A stretch of DNA of 64,000 bases from a virus. Shown here piece by piece: positions 46,567-56,495 of the stretch (its first letter is position 1; each line of letters starts with the position of its first letter). The DNA is taken from IMG/VR virus record IMGVR_UViG_3300017963_000264, positions 6,184 to 70,183 of that record; one strand, 5' to 3'. A program made the translations under genes and the position numbers. Under the pieces are notes generated by a model. The model saw only the letters and a list, made by a program, of their open reading frames with translations. It was not told where the DNA came from and searched no databases.

Positions 46567-47171
46567 TATAATTCCTCATATCCTAAAAATTTCATTATTC
46601 CTGCTTCAGCAGCATAAAACCTTCTTTTGGTTTTATAAGATAAATCAAATTTCTTTTTAGGAGAAACATGAACTGCTGTCATTTTAGGGAGATCATTAAA
46701 ACCCCACATAGTAAAAAGTTGATCAATTTCGCTATTTAATTTTTCAGTTCTTAATATATATTTACAATATGGCATAAATAATGAATAAGTCTCTGTTACA
46801 TAACCCCTTGGCCTAATATCAATAACATGATTTATAAATTCCTCAAATGTCTTACTTTTTTTTCTCCCATTAACCCAATGTTTAAAAAAACCTTTACGGC
46901 CTCTAATATGTTTATAATTACTCTCCAACCAAGTTAATGGATGCCGAACAATACAGAATGAATAATCAGGCTTATGATCATCAACATCAAATGGACAACA
47001 ATGAACCCCCATTATTCCAGGATGGTGTCCAAATTCCTTAGTTGGCCCTAATTTTTTCATAAATTGTTTAACACTCGTCCCACCAGTTCTACCAATATGA
47101 TAAAATGTATATTTATTTTGTAATCTAAAAGCCATTATAATTTCATATGCTCCCGATATTCTCTTGTGCAA
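46566..47171 (-). CDS. Sulfotransferase family 2-like protein
   Basis: FYHIGRTGGTSV (PAPS loop), FCIVRHPL.W..S.Y, LRTEKL. Confidence 0.7.
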   Translation of the reverse strand: MHKRISGAYEIIMAFRLQNKYTFYHIGRTGGTSVKQFMKKLGPTKEFGHHPGIMGVHCCPFDVDDHKPDYSFCIVRHPLTWLESNYKHIRGRKGFFKHWVNGRKKSKTFEEFINHVIDIRPRGYVTETYSLFMPYCKYILRTEKLNSEIDQLFTMWGFNDLPKMTAVHVSPKKKFDLSYKTKRRFYAAEAGIMKFLGYEEL

Positions 47172-47920
47172 CGATAATGAGGTAATTTACAGGCATTACA
47201 AACATCTAAATAAGCTCTATTGCCATTAACCAACTCTCTATTAATTTCAAGTCTTCTTTTATTCATCAAAGTAGATTCGACTGAATCATTATATAAGTTA
47301 CCAAATACCTGAGTATACTTCCAATCCCAAAAACACATATTTACATCCCCGTTATTACGAACAAAATAATATAATGTAGGCATATAACAAGGGCCACCGC
47401 ACCCAATAACTCCTTTATCGTATGCATATATCCTTGGATCAATATCATCATCAGCACCACCAATCTTTCTTGGAATAAGCATCACACCAGGCACCTTTGA
47501 TGCTATCGCACTCAACCTCTTCCTTTCTTTTTTATTATAAGTAGATAATTTGATCCAACTAACACCCGCCTCTATTACTTCTCTCAATACTACTTCATCA
47601 CAAGCAATACCATTTGAAAACATACAAATTTGAGCCTTCGGCAATTCCCTTTTTATATACTTAACAATATCGATAAGTCTTGGATCTATAGTCGGCTCGC
47701 TATAACCACTTAAAAACACCCTACCAAAAAAATCATACTGTTTAAAAAATTCAACTACCTTATAAATAATTTTGCTACTTAAAAAAGTAAGATCTCTTTT
47801 ATCGTAATATCTCGGGCACCATTTATGCTCGTTAGCATACTGGCAATTATTAGAAAGCTCAAATTCTAACCAATGTATATTTTTTGCCTGATGTTCTGAA
47901 TCATAAATTATATCATGCAT
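47135..47920 (-). CDS. Radical SAM/SPASM protein with atypical cluster motif
   Basis: ELSNNCQYANEHKWC, SGYSEP, FSNG, C..P, GDVNMCFWD, CNAC. Confidence 0.65.
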   Translation of the reverse strand: MHDIIYDSEHQAKNIHWLEFELSNNCQYANEHKWCPRYYDKRDLTFLSSKIIYKVVEFFKQYDFFGRVFLSGYSEPTIDPRLIDIVKYIKRELPKAQICMFSNGIACDEVVLREVIEAGVSWIKLSTYNKKERKRLSAIASKVPGVMLIPRKIGGADDDIDPRIYAYDKGVIGCGGPCYMPTLYYFVRNNGDVNMCFWDWKYTQVFGNLYNDSVESTLMNKRRLEINRELVNGNRAYLDVCNACKLPHYRCTREYREHMKL

Positions 47921-48758
47921 TTAAAATATAACCCTCATATTTATGCATATTATTAATAATATACGGCGGCAAATCTAATTCAGTTGCAATAAATCTAACA
48001 TCTCTCCCTAACGGGTCTTGCAACCTCTTCTTTCTATTTTCTATTGCTTCGGGCGTTATATAATATTTATTGTTTAACTCGTCACTATGCGAAAAACTAT
48101 CAAGCTTTCTTTTTATTGATTTACCAGAGCCAAGATTTGAAAAATGCCATCCTGCATTTTTAATTAAAATTTCACCCCTTCTATCCCATAAATACAATTG
48201 CCGTAATTCATAAAGATTAGCAAAAACATTTAAATGGCCAGGGCGAACAATCTTTCCCATCCGCCATCGACGATTAAAACAAGACTCCATACTATAATCA
48301 TCTTGAAATTCTGAATCAGGGGCCATTATACAGTTAAAATAATACCAATTAAGATCCATATCCAAGCTAACAATAGACTCATATTGCTTTGCTATTTCTA
48401 TTACAGAACCACTGCGAATAATCTCGTCACAATCACAATAAATAATAAGATCGTCAGACTTAAAATTATATTTTTTTAAATAATTTCGCTGATCATGCTC
48501 ATAACTACATATACCTCTTCCATTAGGCAAGCAATCTTTTTTTGGAGATACATCATACACCCTATGAATGATTCTATGCTTAAAATCAACAAAAGGTTCT
48601 TTATCTTTTACTTCGTCATAATAAAGCCTTTTTGGCTTACCGCTATAAGTATAGGTAGCTTCTGTTAAGATAAACTTATCTACAAAAGCAGCATGATGAT
48701 TAAGCCGAATCTCAAGTAAATCATACTCTCCATTAAACTGGAAACAATCATATATCAT
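47913..48758 (-). CDS. GT17-family (MGAT3-like) GlcNAc transferase
   Basis: IYDCFQFNGE.DLLEIRL, E..QRN, DCDEI, AGWHFS. Confidence 0.8.
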   Translation of the reverse strand: MIYDCFQFNGEYDLLEIRLNHHAAFVDKFILTEATYTYSGKPKRLYYDEVKDKEPFVDFKHRIIHRVYDVSPKKDCLPNGRGICSYEHDQRNYLKKYNFKSDDLIIYCDCDEIIRSGSVIEIAKQYESIVSLDMDLNWYYFNCIMAPDSEFQDDYSMESCFNRRWRMGKIVRPGHLNVFANLYELRQLYLWDRRGEILIKNAGWHFSNLGSGKSIKRKLDSFSHSDELNNKYYITPEAIENRKKRLQDPLGRDVRFIATELDLPPYIINNMHKYEGYILNA

Positions 48759-49621
48759 TTGTATTTATACACCGTTCCGTCTTTATGAAGGTCTCCACGA
48801 TAATTTCTTGGGTCCCAACCATATCTAAATTTTTCTATATCTTTTGCTGTTAATTTTTCATCAAATATCTCTACTTCATCATCACCCATACAAGGTAAAT
48901 TAAGCAATTTATAAAGATCATAATTACCACGGGTTATTAACTCTCTTTTATCTTTTAAAAGCTGCCTTGTAAAAGGAACAGCCATGCCACAACGACCACA
49001 ATAACGATTGACTTGATCGGCGAAATCAACAGGCCTCTTTAACCACCAATTAGGTTTTACTTCATAGCCTCCTTGCCCGTCAAGAATAGTATCTATTGCA
49101 TAAGCAACCTCACAAAAAAAAGCACCTTTTTCGCCAATAGATGGACACCAATTAAGTTGCACCCAACAATTATCAATTAAATTCTTTTTTAATTCCTCGT
49201 CTTTAACAATATCGTCAATTGCTAAAGTAGCAGGCTGATGACGACACACATTTTGCTGATTTTCATTATGCTCATTATAAGCCACAAAATTAGTAAATGT
49301 TTTATCAATTACATCTTTGTGTCTAAGATACCCTTTCCCCCCAGTAGTCCAAAGCCCATATTTACTTCCAGGGTTATAATCAAGAAGCAATTCACATATT
49401 TCTTTAAACTGAGGATGAATAGTAGGCTCTCCACCAATAATACCAATACGATTAGGCCAATTTTTAAGAGAATTTAAAGCTTGTTCAATTTTTTCAAGAC
49501 TCATATGAACACGCTGATCTTTTCGTATATGCCTTGAAAAACGACTACAATAAACACAATCTTTCCAGCAATAATTTGTCACCTCAATATGACAAAACCA
49601 TGCTTCATAAATAGGTTTCAT
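48755..49621 (-). CDS. Radical SAM protein
   Basis: EVTNYCWKDCVYCSR, GGEPTIHP, FFCEVA, CGRCG. Confidence 0.8.
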   Translation of the reverse strand: MKPIYEAWFCHIEVTNYCWKDCVYCSRFSRHIRKDQRVHMSLEKIEQALNSLKNWPNRIGIIGGEPTIHPQFKEICELLLDYNPGSKYGLWTTGGKGYLRHKDVIDKTFTNFVAYNEHNENQQNVCRHQPATLAIDDIVKDEELKKNLIDNCWVQLNWCPSIGEKGAFFCEVAYAIDTILDGQGGYEVKPNWWLKRPVDFADQVNRYCGRCGMAVPFTRQLLKDKRELITRGNYDLYKLLNLPCMGDDEVEIFDEKLTAKDIEKFRYGWDPRNYRGDLHKDGTVYKYK

Positions 49622-50120
49622 GCTTGCTCCCGAACTTTATAAGAAAATCAATTAAACGATTATTATAAATACTTGCCAACCTCAACCCTTTTTTAATATC
49701 CATCCCATCTCGTTTATTAAGTGATTTCGCAACCTCCATAGGATCTCTAAAGCAAGTAATAAAATGAGGATTTTTTAAAAACGGTATAAATAATTCAATG
49801 GTTAAAACCGTTCTTGGATCTTTCCAGCCCCAAAATGGTTCGCGCTGTTTACTTTTTATAAAATCTCTTATCTCATCTATTTTCTCATATACAAGTTTTT
49901 TAATTTTATCTTTAGATGGCGGATTATCCCAACTACCTCCGGCCATAGCAAGCATCTTATCATTAAAATGAATGAAGTCTACATCCTCCCAATGGCCATA
50001 AGGATTAGACTCATGAGCCCCTAAAAGTTTATCGCCCATAAATATACCGCTTTTAGCAAGTCCTTGCGCCGCAAGCGAAGTAGCCGAACGATGCATACCT
50101 AATACTACAAAGGTTTTCAT
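49605..50120 (-). CDS. Sulfotransferase (P-loop-like)
   Basis: VLGMHRSATS, NPYGHWE, WGWKDPR, RDPMEVAKSL. Confidence 0.8.
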   Translation of the reverse strand: MKTFVVLGMHRSATSLAAQGLAKSGIFMGDKLLGAHESNPYGHWEDVDFIHFNDKMLAMAGGSWDNPPSKDKIKKLVYEKIDEIRDFIKSKQREPFWGWKDPRTVLTIELFIPFLKNPHFITCFRDPMEVAKSLNKRDGMDIKKGLRLASIYNNRLIDFLIKFGSKHETYL

Positions 50121-50121
50121 T

Positions 50122-50526
50122 TTAACTATCTTTCCTCAATAGGATTTCATAATCAACCACATAATGCCAAATATCTTGGTCAGAATCTTTAGAAAGGTTT
50201 GCAAATTGTCTTTCGCAATTTAAAAACTGATACCCTGTAACTGTTAAATCGCAATCGTCCATCAAAGTAGTTAGATAATTATAAATATTTAATACCTGGG
50301 AAGTACCGCTACCAATCGAACTTGAAAAAATAGAAACTTGTATTCTAAATGTGTCAAAAGTAGAAGTAAAATTAAAATCAGTATCATCACTAATGTGCTG
50401 ATAAACTAAATAAGGCAAGGCAGTTCCAGTCGGTGAGTTATGCAGATATATCCTGCCACCCACAGCGGTATTAAGGTCTCCTGCCGTAGTAAGCTTATCA
50501 TAAAAAGCTTTAAACAATGCATCCAT
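50122..50526 (-). CDS. Tail terminator / tail completion protein
   Basis: VGGRIY...P....LPYLVY, IQVSIFS. Confidence 0.75.
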   Translation of the reverse strand: MDALFKAFYDKLTTAGDLNTAVGGRIYLHNSPTGTALPYLVYQHISDDTDFNFTSTFDTFRIQVSIFSSSIGSGTSQVLNIYNYLTTLMDDCDLTVTGYQFLNCERQFANLSKDSDQDIWHYVVDYEILLRKDS

Positions 50527-50984
50527 TAACTCAACCGACTTTTTAATCTGTTTATAAACATCTGCCTGATCTTTTGTTTATTTTTGGCAAATGCCTGCCT
50601 CATAAAAGGAACCGCAGGAACTCGTGTGCCAGTTGTTTTATAATACCGTCCAGCCTCTACTTGAAAAGCATAATCAATATCCTGATTATCACCAGCTTCT
50701 ATAAGAAATTCTGTTACCGGAGCATCTGAGGCATTACGATAAAAAATACTTCTTTTAGCTTTAATAGAATCGTGTAAATTTCTTGTATCACGAGGCACAA
50801 GAGCGCGAGCAGTACCCGCAACCATTGCAGAACCAATTTTACCTACTTGATCTAAAATTTTATTTACAACAAGAAGTGTTGCATCACCACGCCATTCAAG
50901 TTCTGCACCTTCAACTACTTCTTTGATAGAACGCTTATAAAATGAACTATATACTCTTTGTTTTAGACGTTTAGTTATTGCCAT
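50526..50984 (-). CDS. HK97 gp10-like neck protein
   Basis: ARALVPRDTRNLHDSI, YAFQVEAG, PFMRQA. Confidence 0.75.
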   Translation of the reverse strand: MAITKRLKQRVYSSFYKRSIKEVVEGAELEWRGDATLLVVNKILDQVGKIGSAMVAGTARALVPRDTRNLHDSIKAKRSIFYRNASDAPVTEFLIEAGDNQDIDYAFQVEAGRYYKTTGTRVPAVPFMRQAFAKNKQKIRQMFINRLKSRLS

Positions 50985-51440
50985 TTAATTCCGATCATTA
51001 CTAAGATAATAAATAACCACGGACCCTGTTTTAGCACTACCTGCATTGATTATAATCAATGCCAACTTACTATCTACTGCTACAGGAATCGAATTACCAT
51101 TAGTGCCATTTGTCAATGCCGGGAATACATCGGTTGCATTAATATTACCCAAATTAGCGCCAAGACCTTGCAAAACATCAATACCGTCTGAATCCTCAAT
51201 TATCACATCATAATTATTTGTCGGTTGATTTGCTCCTGCGCCAGGTATAAAACAAACCCTCAAAACCCTACCGCTAACCAAAACATCCGTTTGATCTTCA
51301 GCAGCACCACCAGTAGTAGAAGTCCAATCAAATCTAATTGTTTTTATTGTTCTATGGCGCTGATGAGTTTGAACAACCGTGCCCGCAGAGCCAGAGCTTG
51401 TTTTTAATATTCCGTCAATACTTGCTGTTGATGTTGCCAT
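50985..51440 (-). CDS. Probable virion protein
   Basis: Beta-rich ORF in the neck module. Confidence 0.5.
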   Translation of the reverse strand: MATSTASIDGILKTSSGSAGTVVQTHQRHRTIKTIRFDWTSTTGGAAEDQTDVLVSGRVLRVCFIPGAGANQPTNNYDVIIEDSDGIDVLQGLGANLGNINATDVFPALTNGTNGNSIPVAVDSKLALIIINAGSAKTGSVVIYYLSNDRN

Positions 51441-51787
51441 TAGTTTTTAATCTCCTCTGCCAAAATATCAAAATATATATTCCGCTCATCTACATTTGGA
51501 GCAGCTTTAATATCAAAATAACGAGCAGTAGTTTTACCTTTTGGCTTATATTTTATTCTCCACCCTGTATCAATATCAGATAGCTCTTCCATATAACGAG
51601 CACGAACTTTATGAGTCACACGCTCTTTTAACTGCATAGATTCAAGCCGCTCATTGCCTCTCATAGGCCAAATAGAAACCCAAGCAACCTGAGTATTTGT
51701 CCAAGAAGGATTACCATGGCCCCAAGTATCATTAATAAACTTTGGTTTCTGAAAAGTTACCTTATGTCTTAACTCTCCTACTCTCAT
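51440..51787 (-). CDS. Head closure / head-tail adaptor (SPP1 gp16-like)
   Basis: GELRHKVTFQ, W.SI.P..G.E, WRI. Confidence 0.8.
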   Translation of the reverse strand: MRVGELRHKVTFQKPKFINDTWGHGNPSWTNTQVAWVSIWPMRGNERLESMQLKERVTHKVRARYMEELSDIDTGWRIKYKPKGKTTARYFDIKAAPNVDERNIYFDILAEEIKN

Positions 51788-52389
51788 ACGATAATATCCA
51801 ATCGATAATTAGCTAATAAATTCTCGACAGTCGGAAGAGGCGTATAATTCATACCAACCACAAAAGGTTCTCTATTCTCAAATAACGAAGAAATAGTAAG
51901 CAATAACGCTTGTATAATCGGCCCAGGCACACTTGCACTCGTACTACCATAACCGCAAACAAATTCTATTTCTATTGGCTTACTGGTTTTTAAAACTTCA
52001 TTAGGCCAAGTATATCCATAAGCCAAAACAATTTTGCCCTTCTGTGATTCAGTCTCTACATGATACTCGGCACTACTCCAAGTAGATTCAGATGCATCCG
52101 TGTCAGTATACTTAATAGCAGTTACAGACTGTAAACTACCAAAGGGTAAAATTATATAATCATCATCAGGCCAATCATCATAATAAGCATACCACGTTTG
52201 GGTGATTAATTTTCGCCCTAAATACTGCTCTACATTATCAATCGCTGCATCAGTAATACGCTCTAATATTATATCTTCATCGATATAATCACGAGGCAAC
52301 CGCAAATGATCTTTTACAGTAGTACCCCAATCAACCGGCTTTGCAGTTGGAGCGGTTTTTAAAACAGTCTCTTGGATATAACCAGCCAT
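51784..52389 (-). CDS. Head-tail connector (HK97 gp6-like)
   Basis: VKDHLR, GRKLITQTW, LQSVTAIKY, ALLL.I..LFENRE. Confidence 0.82.
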   Translation of the reverse strand: MAGYIQETVLKTAPTAKPVDWGTTVKDHLRLPRDYIDEDIILERITDAAIDNVEQYLGRKLITQTWYAYYDDWPDDDYIILPFGSLQSVTAIKYTDTDASESTWSSAEYHVETESQKGKIVLAYGYTWPNEVLKTSKPIEIEFVCGYGSTSASVPGPIIQALLLTISSLFENREPFVVGMNYTPLPTVENLLANYRLDIIV

Positions 52390-52392
52390 CTT

Positions 52393-53100
52393 TTATATCT
52401 CTAATTTATTTTTTTGGGAAAGCGGCCCGGGAGCGCCCACCGCCTTTTCAGAATTCTCATTCCTATCCCAAACCTGTGCATATTTATAGCCAAAATAAGT
52501 ACCTTCATCTACACAAAAAGTATGAAGGTGCCCAATCTTAATATCACAATCGACAAATATACGAAAACCTGCTTTTTTTGCTTTCGACCAGAAATAAAAA
52601 TCTTCTCCTACTGGCGGATTTTCATGTATTTTTAACTTAAACCAAGGCCTCTCTATCGCCAATAAAACTTCTACTTTAAGCAAAACACACCCAAACCCTG
52701 TGCCATCAACTTCTACAAGCCCACCCTTTGACCATTCATCATCAGGAATGTCATAAAACTCACCGTTCTCATCTTCCCTTCTTAACATAGGGCTATAAGG
52801 CGGTTTACGCATATGAACTTTTGCCACAACAATATCTAAATCATGATTAAGCATCTGCACAAGAGTTTCTTGCGGATATACTTGATCAGTATCACAATAC
52901 CAAATATGAGTACATTGATTAGCGATTGCCATCTGCGCCAGTTCGTTTCGAACCGTATCAATTGGCATAGTAGAAAAAGGGGTCAAATACATGACTTTAA
53001 AAGGAATACGCATACAGAAAAAAGAATTTACAAATTGCGCATTAAAATGGCTATTCGTATTAGGAAGCGCCACCCCTAAATTTATTTGGCTATAATCCAT
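52393..53100 (-). CDS. GT-A glycosyltransferase, paralog 3
   Basis: VRN, THIWYCDTD, TGFGC, PWF, GEDFYF, IGH. Confidence 0.75.
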   Translation of the reverse strand: MDYSQINLGVALPNTNSHFNAQFVNSFFCMRIPFKVMYLTPFSTMPIDTVRNELAQMAIANQCTHIWYCDTDQVYPQETLVQMLNHDLDIVVAKVHMRKPPYSPMLRREDENGEFYDIPDDEWSKGGLVEVDGTGFGCVLLKVEVLLAIERPWFKLKIHENPPVGEDFYFWSKAKKAGFRIFVDCDIKIGHLHTFCVDEGTYFGYKYAQVWDRNENSEKAVGAPGPLSQKNKLEI

Positions 53101-53131
53101 AATTAAAGCTCCCGTATTGCTTAATTAATGA

Positions 53132-53623
53132 TTAAGTTAACTGAGTACCTTCGGCATCACTTGCATACCGCAAGCCAGACAGAAAGCCAATCACATTACC
53201 ATCAACAGCCTGATTGGTCTTCTCAGTAACCTGAAGCTGAACATACTTATAGGCAGAATTATATTCAGCCACCTTTGCCGCAGGCACCTCAATAGCATAA
53301 GCTACATTAGCCCCTGTGCTGGTAGCAAACTCTTTGCTCTCTGTAGTTGTCCCTTGCGTGTCACCTGCCGTAATCTCTTTATAATAAAAAGAAATCTTTG
53401 CAGTAGTCGTAGGCGTTGCGTCATCACAAGCATTTACATAAACGCTTGCCTGCCCACCAGAACCGTTAGCGTTAGTGGCAATCAGAAAAACAGCAGATTC
53501 GGCATGAGCAAGAGAAATAACGTCTCCCGCCCAGCCACCAGAAAACATATCCTCATTTGCCGCAATAATAGCACTGGTGCAGCAATGAACAACATGATTT
53601 TTTTCAATAAAATTCAATTTCAT
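53132..53623 (-). CDS. Probable capsid decoration protein
   Basis: Directly after the capsid gene; strong RBS; beta-rich. Confidence 0.55.
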   Translation of the reverse strand: MKLNFIEKNHVVHCCTSAIIAANEDMFSGGWAGDVISLAHAESAVFLIATNANGSGGQASVYVNACDDATPTTTAKISFYYKEITAGDTQGTTTESKEFATSTGANVAYAIEVPAAKVAEYNSAYKYVQLQVTEKTNQAVDGNVIGFLSGLRYASDAEGTQLT

Positions 53624-53684
53624 GATTTAAATCCTCCGTGCTCCCGGAGATTAAAGTATATTTAAAAGTTAATTTAACCAACTA

Positions 53685-55019
53685 TTAGCTTCGCGTTTGA
53701 AGCGTTACAAAATGGCTTTGCGTATAGCTCGACCCACCCTTATAAGGAGTAACAGGGCTTGCAAGCACAGGCTGGCCATCAATTCGAATCACAAATCGAA
53801 ATACCGATTCGTCATAGACAAAACGAACATGAATGCTCATATCACTTGCCATCGCACCCTTGCGGCCCAACAGATAACCGTTCCTGAAATCTGCAAGAAT
53901 GAGATCGCCTTCAGTACCAAGAGTCTGGCAATGCTCAATAGCATAAACAGGACGCCCAAGCAACGTGCCATAAGGAGCAACAGAAGCACCACCAGGCGGT
54001 ACATAAACAGGCGCACCATTAGTACTCCCAGAAAACTTAATAGCCATCTGAGCAAGCTGCGGCAGTACATTAATATTAATCAGCCATACAGCATTAGGCC
54101 AAGAGCGAGCAAACAGTCGCGTCCACATATTTAAAATATTCTCATAAACAATTGTGGTTGCAGCCTGACTTGCCTCTTTATCCTGAGTAACTGTACAGCC
54201 AGCGTTCATAATACCAAGAGGCATACCCGCGCCTGTGCCATTTATAATAGCATCGTCAGTTAGAAACGCAAACTCATCTCTAAAACCATTTGTTATAATA
54301 CTTTCGAGAGCACCAACATCTTCAAGCAACTCATCAGTAGCATAACAAAGACCAATCATTTTTCTCAGATTAAGTTCGATCTGACGAAATTTAGGCTTAG
54401 AAGCAGTCTTTTCGCTTGCCTCATCTGCCCAATATCCACGAATTCCACCATAACGACTTCCAGTTGCCCGGCTGGTTTCATCAACACCGTTAACCTTTAA
54501 AGAAGTACGAGTCATCGGAATGGTAGTGACCATACTTGATATAATACCAGTATCAAATACTTCCTGAATTAAACGACTTGAAAATTCAGGCTGAAGCAAA
54601 AACCCACCATCCGAAGGTACGGTTTCAGAAAGGCCAGTGGCTGCACGAACTTCCTGGAGCCTCGGATCAACAATACCACCAGGAGAACCCGCCCGATAAA
54701 CTGCGGCAAGCTGTTCGCCAAGACTTCCAAAAAGATCTCTTTTGTTCTGCCCCGACTGAATATGAGCACTCCCCGCGTCAGGAAGAGTTTGTCTTTTTTC
54801 AGGCTCAAGCAGATGGTCAAAAGTGCTTTGTAGCCTATTCTCTGTTTCTATGATCTCATCCAATTCATGAATTTGATCAATCGTGCGATTAATAGTTTTC
54901 AGCTCATCGTGATTTGGTTCACGACGTTCACTAATAGCTCGCTGGCGAATATCTTCCAACTTCTTTGCCAGCATTTTTTGTTCTTGTTTATACTGAGTAA
55001 TTGTTTTCATACTTAACAC
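53685..55019 (-). CDS. HK97-fold major capsid protein with delta domain
   Basis: DGGFLLQPE, TDELLED, GTGAGMPLGI, TLLGRPV, RIDGQP. Confidence 0.92.
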   Translation of the reverse strand: MLSMKTITQYKQEQKMLAKKLEDIRQRAISERREPNHDELKTINRTIDQIHELDEIIETENRLQSTFDHLLEPEKRQTLPDAGSAHIQSGQNKRDLFGSLGEQLAAVYRAGSPGGIVDPRLQEVRAATGLSETVPSDGGFLLQPEFSSRLIQEVFDTGIISSMVTTIPMTRTSLKVNGVDETSRATGSRYGGIRGYWADEASEKTASKPKFRQIELNLRKMIGLCYATDELLEDVGALESIITNGFRDEFAFLTDDAIINGTGAGMPLGIMNAGCTVTQDKEASQAATTIVYENILNMWTRLFARSWPNAVWLININVLPQLAQMAIKFSGSTNGAPVYVPPGGASVAPYGTLLGRPVYAIEHCQTLGTEGDLILADFRNGYLLGRKGAMASDMSIHVRFVYDESVFRFVIRIDGQPVLASPVTPYKGGSSYTQSHFVTLQTRS

Positions 55020-55049
55020 CCTCCATAAATATATTTAAAAATTATTTTA

Positions 55050-56054
55050 TTAGTTCCAATCATCAAAATTAAAAGGCTGATTCTGAAATTTTTTAAGCCT
55101 CTCCATTATAGGGTCTTCCTCATTGTCAGCCAAAGGAGGCGTTGGCTCCTTGTCATTATTGCCATCATTAGTTCTGTCTTGCGTTGGCTCAACCGAACTT
55201 TTTTCATCTATCTCTTTTTCGTCAACAGCATCTTGCGTAGGCTCGATTACTGCCGGTTCAATTTTAGTTATCAACTCATCATAACTATTAAATTCTGCAT
55301 CTGGGCTAACAAATGCAACAAAATTCATTACTAACTGTTTAAAATGGTCTCGAATTTCATCTTCTTCTTTATCTTTAAACACTTCTTTAAAATCTTCCAA
55401 ATTTGAAAGGCTATTTAAGATAACTTCTTCGGTTGCGTCTATGGCTTTAAAGCCATCTTTAGTTTTAAACTCCTCAATCGCCTTATCTAAACTACGAGCA
55501 GCAACGTCAGTATCAGGATATGCTGGAAAAGTAACAGGGCTGACATCAAATAATCTTGCCACTGTATTAATAGTTCTTGTCGGCGGTTTATTTGCTCTAT
55601 CTTCTTCAAGCCCTTCCCAAGAATCACCATCTTTAGCAACCGTAAAACCAAAAGATTGCTCTCTTATATCGCCTCTTCGGATTGGTGCTAATACCAAATC
55701 TCGTATAATTTGGGTATCGGGCATTACAACTTCCATATAAAGCCCATCTTTATCCTCTGACAAAGTAAGAGTTTTATTTTTTGATCGCCCAAGGACAAAA
55801 TTAGGATCATGGTTAAAAAGGGCCCTTACATCACTATTTCTAATTGCTTGTTTAAATGCGCCAGGAGCGATCTTTTCTCTAAACCCCCCAAGATCTTCAG
55901 ATAACTTATTAAACACAGCCGCATGCCCTTTTACAACAGGACCGCCTGCGCTATCGACAACCCGTAATTCACTAACCTGAAAAGTTCTTCGCTCTAATTT
56001 ATTTTCGTTTACGAGTCGATTTTCTAATTGTTTTTGATCTTGTTTCTTTTTCAT
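55050..56054 (-). CDS. HK97-family prohead protease
   Basis: GHAAVFN, FREKIAPGAF, LFNHD, SFGF, DVSPVTFPAY. Confidence 0.92.
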   Translation of the reverse strand: MKKKQDQKQLENRLVNENKLERRTFQVSELRVVDSAGGPVVKGHAAVFNKLSEDLGGFREKIAPGAFKQAIRNSDVRALFNHDPNFVLGRSKNKTLTLSEDKDGLYMEVVMPDTQIIRDLVLAPIRRGDIREQSFGFTVAKDGDSWEGLEEDRANKPPTRTINTVARLFDVSPVTFPAYPDTDVAARSLDKAIEEFKTKDGFKAIDATEEVILNSLSNLEDFKEVFKDKEEDEIRDHFKQLVMNFVAFVSPDAEFNSYDELITKIEPAVIEPTQDAVDEKEIDEKSSVEPTQDRTNDGNNDKEPTPPLADNEEDPIMERLKKFQNQPFNFDDWN

Positions 56055-56379
56055 CTTCTACCTCACCGACTTCCTCCTCATTTTTAACAGGAGATTTATT
56101 TATTTTTTGTTTAGTAGGCAAAGAAGATTTCGGCCATTCTATCGTCTCGTCTGTAATTGTAATTTTCCCTTTATGCCACATAGGAGACATCTCGTAATTA
56201 GCAACCTTTATTTTGCTGCCTTTTACTTCGGCTTCATCGTCCATTCTTTCGCCAAATATAATAACCATAAATTCTTGTTTCTCTTTATCATAAACTATTT
56301 CATCAATCGCTACCCCAAAAGGCAGCTTTAACATATCTTGAAATATTACACCTGGTACTTTTATTGCTGCTTTTTTCAT
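55999..56379 (-). CDS. Hypothetical protein
   Basis: ORF with GGGAG RBS between portal and protease. Confidence 0.5.
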   Translation of the reverse strand: MKKAAIKVPGVIFQDMLKLPFGVAIDEIVYDKEKQEFMVIIFGERMDDEAEVKGSKIKVANYEMSPMWHKGKITITDETIEWPKSSLPTKQKINKSPVKNEEEVGEVEDEKETRSKTIRKSTRKRK

Positions 56380-56495
56380 TTTTCTTTGCTCCCGTCTATA
56401 TCATTTAAATTATTTGCGAAACTGCCATTGCGTTAACATTAATAATTACCCAAATTAATACAATCGGTATCATATTTTTTCTCCTATTTTATAAA

